DNA of 24,668 bases from the IMG/VR virus record IMGVR_UViG_3300017914_002937, positions 1-24,668 of that record. One strand, written 5' to 3'. The notes below the pieces were generated by a model. The model did no database searches, was not told the origin of the DNA, and saw only the letters and a list, made by a program, of their open reading frames with translations. This stretch comes from a virus. Lineage: Duplodnaviria; Caudoviricetes. Positions 1-8,900 of the stretch are shown in pieces. The first letter of the stretch is position 1. Every line of letters starts with the position of its first letter. The position numbers were made by a program, and so were the translations under genes.

Positions 1-9
1 CACCGGATG

Positions 10-35
10 GAACTGAAAAGTCAGTTCAAAAGGAG
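10..35 (+). promoter_or_regulatory. 7-bp hairpin plus Shine-Dalgarno site of the major capsid gene
   Basis: GAACTGA(10-16)-AAAG-TCAGTTC(21-27) is a perfect inverted repeat; AGGAG at 31-35 lies 6 nt before ATG 42. Confidence 0.7.
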
Positions 36-41
36 ATGACA

Positions 42-1430
42 ATGTCGGAAGTACAAACTCCCGAAATCGACCTGGAGGCTTTTGCTAAGAAGGTAGCGGA
101 TGAGACTGCTGCTAAGATTGCAATCCGTCAGGCGGAAGAAAAAGCAGCCGCTGAAGCAGAAGCTAAAGCAGCTCAAGAAGCAGCAGACGCTGAACTTGCT
201 AAGCAAGCAGAAGTTGAGTCTGTAATCAAAACTGGTATCGAGTCAGGCGCTGAGCGTCTTTTGGCTGACGTTGAAGCGAAGCTTCAAGAGAAAGATGCTA
301 AGATCGAAGAAGTTATTGCTCAGTACAAGGGCCAACTCGAAGAGAAGAACGAAGAGCTTACGAAGATTCGTGAGTCAAAGCGTGTATTCTCTGACCGCGT
401 AGACGGCGACGTAATGTCAAAGTGGGGCAAAGAGTTCATGTATGGCCACCTTCTGGGTGTAATGACTGGCAAAGGTTGGGACACTGATTACTCACGTGAC
501 CTGTTTGAGAAGGCTGGTGCAGGTTTTTCAGCAACTTCAACTAACCTCAGCCTCGCAACAGATGTTTCTACTCTAATCGAGAAGGAAATCATGCAAGAGC
601 TTCGTCTTGCTCAGGCATTCCGTGAAGTAACAGTTAACTCTGAAACTACATTGATGCCATTGCAGACTGATACTAACAAAGCTACTTGGGGTTCAAACGC
701 GGCTACTTCTGGTAACCTCGAAAACCCAACAGGCTCTGACGGCTATCAGCCTTCAAACGTTATCATGAAAGCAACTAAGTTGATTTCAACTACTTTCATG
801 AACAATGAGACTGACGAGCAAATGCTTATCAACCTCATGCCTATGCTTGTAGAGTCAGTAGCACGTGCACACGCTCGCGCAGTTGACAATGCATTCATCA
901 ATGGTACATCAGGCGGCAACGAAGGCTTTGACGGCCTCGAAGCACTTGGTACAACTACATTTGATACTTCAGTATCAGCAGCAGCTCTTACTACTACAGC
1001 AGTAGATGCCGCTGACTTCCTTTCAGCTCGTAAGTTGATGGGTAAGTATGGTATGAATCCTTCGGATCTCATCTACGTTGTATCACAGAAGCGTTACTAT
1101 GACCTGATTGCTGATGCAGCATTCGCTGACATCACTGACGTAGGTTCAGACGTTGCGACCAAGATTACTGGTCAAGTTGGTGCTATCTTCGGCACACCAG
1201 TAATCGTATCTGACCAGCTTGAAGCTGAAGCAGATAACGCAACTGTCGGTTATGCTGTAAACGTTCGTAACTTCGTTGTACCACGTCTCCGTGGTGTAAA
1301 CGTAGAGCAGGACTACGAGGTAATGAACCAGCGTCGAGTAATCGTTGCTACTCAGAACCTTGGCTTTACTCAGCTCGCAGCAGACACTACTAACGACAAG
1401 TCAGTAGTTAAGCTCCTCTGCGTAGCTTAA
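42..1430 (+). CDS. Major capsid protein, HK97 fold, T5 pb8-like, with an N-terminal coiled-coil scaffolding (delta) domain
   Basis: About 157 aa of A/E/K-rich coiled coil, then a capsid body with IEKEIMQELRLAQAF, KATW, ARAHARAVDNAFING, ARKLMGKYG and GAIFGTPVIVSD. Start placed at 42 rather than 36 because of SD spacing. Followed by a terminator. Confidence 0.95.
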   Translation: MSEVQTPEIDLEAFAKKVADETAAKIAIRQAEEKAAAEAEAKAAQEAADAELAKQAEVESVIKTGIESGAERLLADVEAKLQEKDAKIEEVIAQYKGQLEEKNEELTKIRESKRVFSDRVDGDVMSKWGKEFMYGHLLGVMTGKGWDTDYSRDLFEKAGAGFSATSTNLSLATDVSTLIEKEIMQELRLAQAFREVTVNSETTLMPLQTDTNKATWGSNAATSGNLENPTGSDGYQPSNVIMKATKLISTTFMNNETDEQMLINLMPMLVESVARAHARAVDNAFINGTSGGNEGFDGLEALGTTTFDTSVSAAALTTTAVDAADFLSARKLMGKYGMNPSDLIYVVSQKRYYDLIADAAFADITDVGSDVATKITGQVGAIFGTPVIVSDQLEAEADNATVGYAVNVRNFVVPRLRGVNVEQDYEVMNQRRVIVATQNLGFTQLAADTTNDKSVVKLLCVA

Positions 1431-1443
1431 TAGCTAGCTAAAT

Positions 1444-1474
1444 AAACTGGGGAGGGTTTCCTCCCCAAGTTTTT
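1444..1474 (+). terminator. Rho-independent terminator after the capsid gene
   Basis: TGGGGAGG(1448-1455)-GTTT-CCTCCCCA(1460-1467), then AGTTTTT. Confidence 0.9.
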
Positions 1475-1489
1475 ATTAATTGATTTATT

Positions 1490-2062
1490 ATGGCAAATTT
1501 AATTACTCTTGCAGATTACAAACAGATTGAAGGCCTTACTAATCCTAAGGACGACTTTCGTATAAATCAGCTTATTGATTCTGTGAGTCAATTAGTAAAA
1601 ACTTATTGTGGAAACAGTATTGTAGATTATTATACTACTAATAAAGTAGAAACATTTAATATGAACTGGGATACTCATATTGTGCAACTTACAGAGTCTC
1701 CAGTAAATAGTATTGTTTCTGTAGAAAAAAGAGACTCTGTTACGGATAGTTACACCACCGTGGCATCTACAGAATATTATCTTGACACATCGACGGATAG
1801 CGTTCTATACGTAACAGGGTCTACCTATAAAAACTGGCCTCGCGGAGCAGGTGCAGTAAAAGTCACGTATACTGCAGGATATTCAGTTTGTCCTACAGAT
1901 TTGCGACTCGCAGTTGTAGACTTGATTAAGTACTACATGAAAGATGAACATACTCAGCGACGTACTCTGTCTGGTGCCACTATTGAAAATCAAGGCACCG
2001 GCGAAGGACGAGGATTTCCAGACCATATTAAACGTGTGTTGGATTTGTATAAAAACTTTTAA
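1490..2062 (+). CDS. Head completion / head-tail connector protein (T5 p144, HK97 gp6, SPP1 gp15 type)
   Basis: LITLADYK N-terminus, VKVTYTAGY..CPTDLRLAV, C-terminal FPDHIKRVLDLYK; lies directly after the capsid gene. Confidence 0.88.
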   Translation: MANLITLADYKQIEGLTNPKDDFRINQLIDSVSQLVKTYCGNSIVDYYTTNKVETFNMNWDTHIVQLTESPVNSIVSVEKRDSVTDSYTTVASTEYYLDTSTDSVLYVTGSTYKNWPRGAGAVKVTYTAGYSVCPTDLRLAVVDLIKYYMKDEHTQRRTLSGATIENQGTGEGRGFPDHIKRVLDLYKNF

Positions 2063-3367
2063 ATGTCTAAGAAAAATGTTAGAGATTCTTTAAAAGATTG
2101 CTACGAGCAAATAAACACTCGCTGGTCGCGAAGAACTGTAGATAAACAGAAACAAGTAGTACTCGTATCTAGAAAAAATCTTAGAGAAGCTTTTATTGAC
2201 TCATACGGTCGTGCGCAAGAAGTACAGCCCGACTTGCCAAATTTAGATTTAAAAGTATTTAGTGATGCAGGAGGTGCAGCACTAGAAGCAATGAGGCAGT
2301 ATGTTCAGACAAGTGCAAGCTGTACTCTTAAAGATAGTGGAGCTACTTACATAAGATTTACTCAAAGAACTGGCAGAAATACTGCCCCTTTTGTTAGAGC
2401 AAAAAATGCAGGAAAAGCAGTTATTCAAGAAGCTGTAGGAATACAGTTTTCTAAAGCTGCTATACAATCAATAGACCAAGGAGTTGTACGGTCTCATGAG
2501 GAAGTTACTGTAGGGATGAAAATTCTTGCAGAAATGTTTGATATATTAAGAAACGATGAAGAATTAGGCGGATTTGTTACGTCTAAAACAGCAACAAGAT
2601 TATCAGATAAGTTTGATTTACAATTAGCTTTTACTAAAGATCCTATTATTGAAAATAAATTTATTTTGAGATCAGATTTAAAAGTTTCTTTAAGAGTTTT
2701 ATCTAGTAAAGACAACCCTGCTGGAGGAAACGCCAGAGACTGGAGAAAAATACGCCCAAAATTAGTAAATGCAATGGAGAGATGGGCAAAAACTAAAGAT
2801 TGGCCAAATCAAAAAGGTAGCTCATCAATAAAAGAAGAGCAGTCTAGTAGGGCAGAGACAAAAATTAGACGAGGTATTACAAAAGGGTTAAAAAACTCAG
2901 CAGTATTAACAGTAAGTACTAGAAAAGGGCAAACAAAACCTGTAAAAACTAGCGGAAAATCTGTAAAATATAGAGAAAAAAGAGACAAAAACTTTGTTGA
3001 TATGAAGTTCTCTAATAAAAAAGGACAACTTAGAGGCTCAAAAGTAGAGGGTTCTCAAATAAACTTAACAAAGTTTATGGCTATGTTAAATGAAGTTTTA
3101 CCGCAAATAGTTGCAGAAAATATGGGGTCGCCGAGATTAAATTATAGAACAGGCAGATTTGCTTCTTCAGTTAGGGTAACTGATATACACCGTACTAAAA
3201 AAGGTGTTCCAAGTATAGGCTATACTTATATGAAAAACCCCTACCAAACTTTTGAACCTGGGTTTGCTCAAGGTTCTAGAGACAGAGACCCTAGAACTCT
3301 TATAGACTTATCAATAAGAGATGCTGCAAGAGCTATGATGACAGGATTTTATACTAGGAGAGTATAG
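2063..3367 (+). CDS. Tail completion / neck protein (T5 p143-like) with a long basic N-terminal region
   Basis: C-terminal LNYRTGRFASSVRV, YTYMKNPYQTFEPG and RDPRTLI motifs; sits between the head completion and tail terminator genes as in T5. Confidence 0.75.
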   Translation: MSKKNVRDSLKDCYEQINTRWSRRTVDKQKQVVLVSRKNLREAFIDSYGRAQEVQPDLPNLDLKVFSDAGGAALEAMRQYVQTSASCTLKDSGATYIRFTQRTGRNTAPFVRAKNAGKAVIQEAVGIQFSKAAIQSIDQGVVRSHEEVTVGMKILAEMFDILRNDEELGGFVTSKTATRLSDKFDLQLAFTKDPIIENKFILRSDLKVSLRVLSSKDNPAGGNARDWRKIRPKLVNAMERWAKTKDWPNQKGSSSIKEEQSSRAETKIRRGITKGLKNSAVLTVSTRKGQTKPVKTSGKSVKYREKRDKNFVDMKFSNKKGQLRGSKVEGSQINLTKFMAMLNEVLPQIVAENMGSPRLNYRTGRFASSVRVTDIHRTKKGVPSIGYTYMKNPYQTFEPGFAQGSRDRDPRTLIDLSIRDAARAMMTGFYTRRV

Positions 3368-3828
3368 TGACTACGGATAACAACAGAGCATACTCAACTA
3401 GAAGACTGGGAATAGTAAACGCCTTAGTAGAAAAACTACAAGATATAGATGGAAATGGTGAATTTAACACAGACGTCTACAGAAATGTTCATCCTAGGCT
3501 TAAATTTTGGGATGAAGTAAATGAGTTTCCTGCTATACATTTAAATGCAGGGTCTGAAACACGGGATTATCAATCCGCAGGATATAAAGACAGATTCTTA
3601 TCAATTACAGTAAGAGTATATGTACAAGAACAAGATGCTGTAGCAGCTTTAGATGAACTGTTAGAAGATATAGAAACTGTCATAGAAACAAACTCTCGTT
3701 TAGGTTACACAGACCGACGAGGGGAAGAACACTTTACTCAACAAATTACAATAGTTAGTATAACTACTGACGAAGGAGTACTCGAACCTTTAGGAGTCGG
3801 TGAAATGACTTTAGAGGTTCGTTACTAG
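3367..3828 (+). CDS. Tail terminator protein (T5 p142-like)
   Basis: EFPAIHLNAGSETRDY, LDELLEDIETVI and SITTDEGVLEPLGVGEMTLEVRY motifs; GTG start overlaps the upstream TAG, with AGGAG at 3356-3360. Confidence 0.88.
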   Translation: MTTDNNRAYSTRRLGIVNALVEKLQDIDGNGEFNTDVYRNVHPRLKFWDEVNEFPAIHLNAGSETRDYQSAGYKDRFLSITVRVYVQEQDAVAALDELLEDIETVIETNSRLGYTDRRGEEHFTQQITIVSITTDEGVLEPLGVGEMTLEVRY

Positions 3829-3832
3829 AAAC

Positions 3833-3883
3833 GACTGGCACGAACAAACGTTCACGTCCTAGTCCTTTCAATATTCATAGGAG
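3833..3883 (+). promoter_or_regulatory. Imperfect leader stem-loop and SD of the tail tube gene
   Basis: GACT(3833-3836)...AGTC(3861-3864) encloses GAAC-AAAC-GTTC (3842-3853); AGGAG at 3879-3883. Confidence 0.5.
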
Positions 3884-3890
3884 ATAAACT

Positions 3891-4985
3891 ATGGCACTAC
3901 ATTTTAGCCGCGATACTAAGGTCTTCTGTAAGCAAGGCAGCAACGTGTGGGAGCTTCCAGTATTGGATGGTTTCTCTTTTTCACAAGCTACTAACGCTTC
4001 AGAAATTACCTTGAACGAAATGGAGTCCACAGCAGGAACTAGCCGACGAGCACGTCAAATGTTTAACGACTCGTATGCACCTGCAGAGTGGTCTTTCTCA
4101 ACATACGCTCGTCCAAACAGCGCAGGTCATTGTGCAGAAGAGTGCTTGTGGGCTAATTTTGTAGCTGCTAACTCTTTTACAGCTGACAGTACTCCTGCTA
4201 ATGCGGGTACTTGGTCTGCGGGCGTAACTGTTTCATCTAATACTCATACTTATGATTTTGATGACTCAAATAAAGCTGCACTAGGCACTTTTGATTTATT
4301 CTTTGTACTTGGAGCAACTAGCGATGCAGACGATAACTATACTACTGGTGCAGATCTTACAATTTACAAGATTGAAGGTTGTGTAGGTAATGAAGTTTCT
4401 ATTGATTTTGATATTGACGGAATCACCACTTTGAACTGGTCAGGTTTTGGTAAGATTATTACTGAAGAAGCTAGCTTTGATGCTTCAAGCGCTCTTCCTC
4501 GTAGTATTGATTCAACAAGTAACTTTATTCGTAACCGTCTCACTACACTAGATATTGCTTCTTCTGTAAGTGGTTCTGCCGTTACATACCTACTAACTTT
4601 AACAGGTGGAAACATTACTTTCTCAAACAATATCACTTTCTTAACTCCAGAAACTCTTGGTATTGTAAACCAGCCTTTAGGTCATGTAACAGGAACTCGA
4701 TCTATTTCAGGTAACTTTACTTGCTACCTTGATACAACTTCTAACAAGAGTCGAGACCTGTTTGAGCACGTAATTGAAGCTACAACTACAGTTACAAACT
4801 CGTTTGATATGGCATTCAATATTGGCGGAGGCTCAGCACCTAAGTTGGTTGTTGATATTCCTACAGCACACTTGGAAGTTCCTACACACTCTATTGATGA
4901 TGTTATCTCAGTAGAAGCAAACTTCCATGCACTGCCTTCAACTATTGACGGCACTAATGAAGCAACTGTCGCATACACAGGATAA
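3891..4985 (+). CDS. Major tail tube protein (T5 pb6-like, apparently without the C-terminal Ig-like domain)
   Basis: FNDSYAPAEWSFSTY, IDFDIDGITTLNWSG, FIRNRLT, GGNITFSNNITFLTPETLG and TGTRSISGNFTCYL motifs; strong SD and a downstream terminator. Confidence 0.92.
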   Translation: MALHFSRDTKVFCKQGSNVWELPVLDGFSFSQATNASEITLNEMESTAGTSRRARQMFNDSYAPAEWSFSTYARPNSAGHCAEECLWANFVAANSFTADSTPANAGTWSAGVTVSSNTHTYDFDDSNKAALGTFDLFFVLGATSDADDNYTTGADLTIYKIEGCVGNEVSIDFDIDGITTLNWSGFGKIITEEASFDASSALPRSIDSTSNFIRNRLTTLDIASSVSGSAVTYLLTLTGGNITFSNNITFLTPETLGIVNQPLGHVTGTRSISGNFTCYLDTTSNKSRDLFEHVIEATTTVTNSFDMAFNIGGGSAPKLVVDIPTAHLEVPTHSIDDVISVEANFHALPSTIDGTNEATVAYTG

Positions 4986-5004
4986 TAATAAAAACGTCAT
5001 TCTT

Positions 5005-5029
5005 AAGGGGCTTCGGCCCCTTTTCTTTT
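5005..5029 (+). terminator. Rho-independent terminator after the tail tube gene
   Basis: AAGGGGC-TTCG-GCCCCTT (cUUCGg tetraloop), then TTCTTTT. Confidence 0.93.
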
Positions 5030-5036
5030 ACTCCTA

Positions 5037-5078
5037 CAAAAAATAAATCTTGACATCTCACCTCCTATACCCTATAAT
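5037..5078 (+). promoter_or_regulatory. Consensus sigma70 promoter with A-tract UP element, upstream of the chaperone, tape measure and tail tip genes
   Basis: TTGACA 5050-5055, 17-nt spacer, TATAAT 5073-5078, preceded by CAAAAAATAAATC; intergenic and directly after a terminator. Confidence 0.92.
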
Positions 5079-5114
5079 TACAAGATATAAATTTACACTC
5101 TCAAAGGATAAAAA

Positions 5115-5537
5115 ATGAGCGATTCACCTATTTCTCTAGCGAGTCTTATGACTCCAAGTAAAACTGTCTCTATCGACTTTCCCGGATACTCTGGTATGAA
5201 AGTTTCTTTGTGCTATCTTGCACGAGAAGAGCTTCTTAAGTTGCGTAAAAAGTGCGTTAGCACTAAGTTTGATAAAAAGACACGACAACCCGAAGAAGTA
5301 TTAGATGAAGAAAAGTTTTTAGTAGAATACTGTAAGGCAGTAATTAAGTCGTGGTCGGGCTTGAAGTTTTCATACCTAGAAGAGCTTCTTTTGGTAGATG
5401 TCTCGGCTTATGACCCAACTGACGAACTTCCTTATACACAAGAAAACGCAGAACTCTTGATGAAAAATTCAAACGTATTTGATACGTGGGTTACAGAAAC
5501 AGTAGGTGACCTTGAAAATTTTACTGGGAGCAAGTAG
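5115..5537 (+). CDS. Tail assembly chaperone (lambda gpG equivalent, T5-like)
   Basis: 140 aa between tail tube and tape measure; VIKSWSGLK, ENAELLMKNS and DLENF motifs; slippery site at the 3' end. Confidence 0.88.
   Translation: MSDSPISLASLMTPSKTVSIDFPGYSGMKVSLCYLAREELLKLRKKCVSTKFDKKTRQPEEVLDEEKFLVEYCKAVIKSWSGLKFSYLEELLLVDVSAYDPTDELPYTQENAELLMKNSNVFDTWVTETVGDLENFTGSK
5516..5522 (+). promoter_or_regulatory. Programmed -1 ribosomal frameshift site A_AAT_TTT
   Basis: X_XXY_YYZ heptamer phased with the 0 frame (GAA AAT TTT). The -1 frame opens right after TGA 5513-5515 and stays open to 5950. Confidence 0.85.
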
Positions 5538-5950
5538 GAGAGATTCAATCCCTACTAAAGCGATACATAAAGGAAGCGGATAGTAACTTTGATGTAGAAA
5601 AGTACCTTCGCTTGTGCGAACAATTAGGGGAAAAACCAGATCCTGCCAAAATGCCGCTCGAACCTTCTGATTTTCCGGAAGAAGTTCAAGTGGCATTTTT
5701 TATGTTTAGCTTATTACCAGACCATTGGGAAGGAATGAGTGGAACATATATGGGAAAATATTGGGATGGTATAGATTACTTTTTTAAGCTATACGAGGTT
5801 GATAAACCAAGAGAAATATTATATTTTATGAAACTTTATGAGAGTGAGATAGTTTCTCATAGAGCAGAAAAAGCAGACCAAAAGCGAAAAGCAGAAGAAC
5901 GCAAATCAAAAAGCGGTGGAAAAAACTACACCCATAATATAAAAGGCTAA
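5522..5950 (+). CDS. C-terminal (T) part of the frameshifted tail assembly chaperone, giving a gpGT-like fusion of about 278 aa from 5115
   Basis: The -1 frame reads YWEQVGEIQSLLKRYIKEADSNFDVEKYLRLCEQLG... and continues into the 112-aa ORF of the track. The TTG at 5612 has no obvious SD. Confidence 0.82.
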   Translation, partial: YWEQVGEIQSLLKRYIKEADSNFDVEKYLRLCEQLGEKPDPAKMPLEPSDFPEEVQVAFFMFSLLPDHWEGMSGTYMGKYWDGIDYFFKLYEVDKPREILYFMKLYESEIVSHRAEKADQKRKAEERKSKSGGKNYTHNIKG

Positions 5951-5951
5951 T

Positions 5952-8900
5952 ATGGCAAAAGGCATAGAAATTGACATTAAAGTTAATGGCAAAATGCAGA
6001 AAGCTACTATTTCTGCTAAAAAGCTGAATGACGCTCTTAAGCAGACAGGAAAAAGTGCAATAAGTGCTGACCGTCAAGTAAAAGGCTTAGCACAAGCATC
6101 TGCAAACGGGTCTAAAAACTTTGCAAAAATGGCTCAAGGAATTACAGGTGGATTAGTTCCTGCATATGCTGCATTTGCTGCTCAAGTGTTTGCGCTTACT
6201 GCTGCATTTAACTTTCTTAAAAATGCCGCTGACTTAGAAAATTTACGCAAGTCTCAAGTTACATTTGCTCAATCGAGCGGGTTAGCCATTAGATCAGTTA
6301 CGAGAGAGCTTAGGGATGCTTCAAACGGCATGTTAGGTTTTCAAGAAGCAGCTCAAGCCGCAGCTATTGGTGTAGCTAAAGGCTTCAGCACAGCCCAACT
6401 TACAGAACTTACTGAAGGTGCAGCAAAAGCGGCGGGTGCTTTAGGTAGAAACTTTGATGATACTTTTGATAGACTATTAAGGGGTGTATCAAAAGCAGAG
6501 CCAGAATTGTTAGATGAATTAGGTATTACTCTTCGATTAGAAGAAGCAACTCAAAGATACGCAGATGCTATAGGAAAATCAAGAGATAGTTTAACTTCAG
6601 CAGAAAGAAGCCAAGCAGTATTTGCAGAAACAATGCGACAGTTAAACGATACTTTTGGAGACCAAGAAGTAATGGTCAACCCATTTATTCAATTAGCAAA
6701 AACATTTGAAGAAATAGTGCAGACAATTACTCAAAAAATGATGCCTGTATTTACCGGACTAGCAAATTTAATAAATGAAAATGCTACTGCAGCTAGTATT
6801 GCTTTTGGTGCTTTAGCAGCTATGGTTGTTGCTAATATTGCAGGACTAGGCCCTGCTCTAAAAAGAATACTTTTTGGAGTCGTCGGAGTATTTACTGGAA
6901 GTGCGAAAAAGATAGGAGGAGCTTTTTCTTTTATAGGAAATTCTGTCGGAGGAAAAATTTCAGACGCAGCAAAGTCAGCAGTTTATGAGATAGAATTTGC
7001 AGAATTAGAGCTTGCAGAACGTTTGGAGTCTCTAGGAGGAGACAAATCAAAAGATGCTGCAGGAAAGTTAAAAGGTACCGGAGTAAAAAGTAAAACTGTA
7101 GAAAAACTTGCGTTAGGACAAGATGTTACTCCTCGAGCTTTAGGTAGATTAAAAAAAGACTTAGAAAGAGTTAAAAAAGAAATTCAAGATACAGGTAAAG
7201 TTGCAAAAGGCGCATTTGCAGGAGCAACTTTAGAAGCTGTAGAAGAATTAGAAGAAGAAATTGATAAGATAGGTAAAACTAGTCTTACTACCTCTGAAAA
7301 AATACGAAAAAAATTAGGTAAGGGAACAATAAAAGTACTAGACGGAGTACGAAAAACTGCTCGCATCACAGGAATAGCTATAAGAGGCATAGGTACAGGA
7401 GCAGGCTACGCAGTAAAGGGAGTAAAACTTTTAGGCAAAGCCTTCGGAGTATTAGGTATTATTGTAACAGTAGTTTCAAGTGTTATTACGGCAATGGAAA
7501 AGCTTGCAGAAACTCCTATAACTGTTATTGACAACTTTAAAAAGTTTTTATCAGGATTGATAAAGGGATTTCAAACTGCTTTAAATTTAATTGCAAGCGG
7601 ACTAAATTCTTTGTTAGATAATTCTATTGTCCGTGAAGTTTTAGGTATAGAAGAAGGTCAAAGAATAATAGGTGAATTTACTTTTGCAAATAATATTGAC
7701 GAGACTCTAAATGCTATGGAAGCAAAAATACTCACTAAGTTAGGCACTAGTAGAGAGCAGCTACAAGAAGTTGAAGACGGTACCAATGCACAAAGAGAGC
7801 ACGAAGCAGCTATTGCAGACCTAAGAGATAGATACAAAGAACTTGCAGAAGAAATAAATAGTATCACTACAGGTATAAATGCTCAAGAAGACGCATTCAA
7901 AAAAACAGGCCAGATAGCTACAGGAATTGCAACTCTACCTATAGCAGAGGCAATTCGAAGAGCTAAAAAAGATGGAGATACTCAAGCAGCGTTTGACGAA
8001 TTACTTGGAGATGTTGATTTTTCTGCTTTTGGAGAAGCATTCTCTTCTGCAGTAGCGAGTAGAGATTTAGAAGAAATAGGAAAACTTCAAGTAGCAGCAA
8101 TAAGTTATAATGCAAGTCTTGCGGGAATTAAAAATGCCTCTGCTAGTCTAAGAAAAGATATTGGAACTGGTGATCCTTTAGGAGCAAGAATCTTACTTGC
8201 TCAATTAATTGCAACAGCAGAGGCAGGAGATGCTGCGGCCAAAACTTTAGGAGAAGAAGGCGGCTTATTAGACCTTCTTAACAAAGAAGCAGGTACAGAT
8301 GCAAAAGGGTTATTAGATACTCTTACAAATTTGGCAGAACAATCTGAGCGAATAAAAAACGCAAAAAGTAATTTAGCAATACGTAGAGAACAGTCTTCTC
8401 GTGCTCCTGGAGCAGTAGGAAGACAGCAAGGGTTAGGATTTGCTGCAGAAGCTGCGAACTTAGCTGTTGCTGAAAAACAAGTAGCTTTAGAACAACTTAT
8501 AGCAGCAAATCAAAATTTACAAGGAGCAGAACTATTAGCTCACCAACAAGTAGTAGCTCAATCTGAACGAGAGATTGCTTTGCTACAGCAAAAAGCAGAA
8601 ATTGCTGAAGAAAATACTACAGAAATCGCACAACTAGGAATGGCAGTAGGAAATTCTCTTGCATCTGGTATGCAGAGCGCATTTGATGGATTAATTCAAG
8701 GCACTATGACTGCAAAAGAAGCTTTTTCTAATATGGCACAAAGTATGTTACAAGCTATAGCAAAAGTTATTACAGAACTGCTTGTAGCAAAAGTTCTTAC
8801 CGCTGCTTTAGGCGGTACAGGTTTTGGAGACTTTTTAGGTATAGGTAATCGCTACGGAGGAGTAATGTCAAACGGTAAAAAAGCTCCTGGCTATGCTGTT

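Noticed and set aside
36-41. ATG 36 as the capsid start
   Set aside because: It directly abuts the AGGAG; ATG 42 has proper spacing.
1423-1440. TAGCT-TAAT-AGCTA hairpin and TAGCTAGCTA palindrome at the capsid stop
   Set aside because: Short, AT-rich, single occurrence, partly produced by tandem stop codons.
1782-1811. TTGACA inside the head completion gene as an internal promoter
   Set aside because: The best -10 is TATACG at 18 nt, which lacks the conserved final T, and the A-tract of the two real promoters is absent.
5612-5614. TTG start for a stand-alone 112-aa protein
   Set aside because: No obvious SD, and the frame is open back to the slippery heptamer, so frameshifting explains it better.
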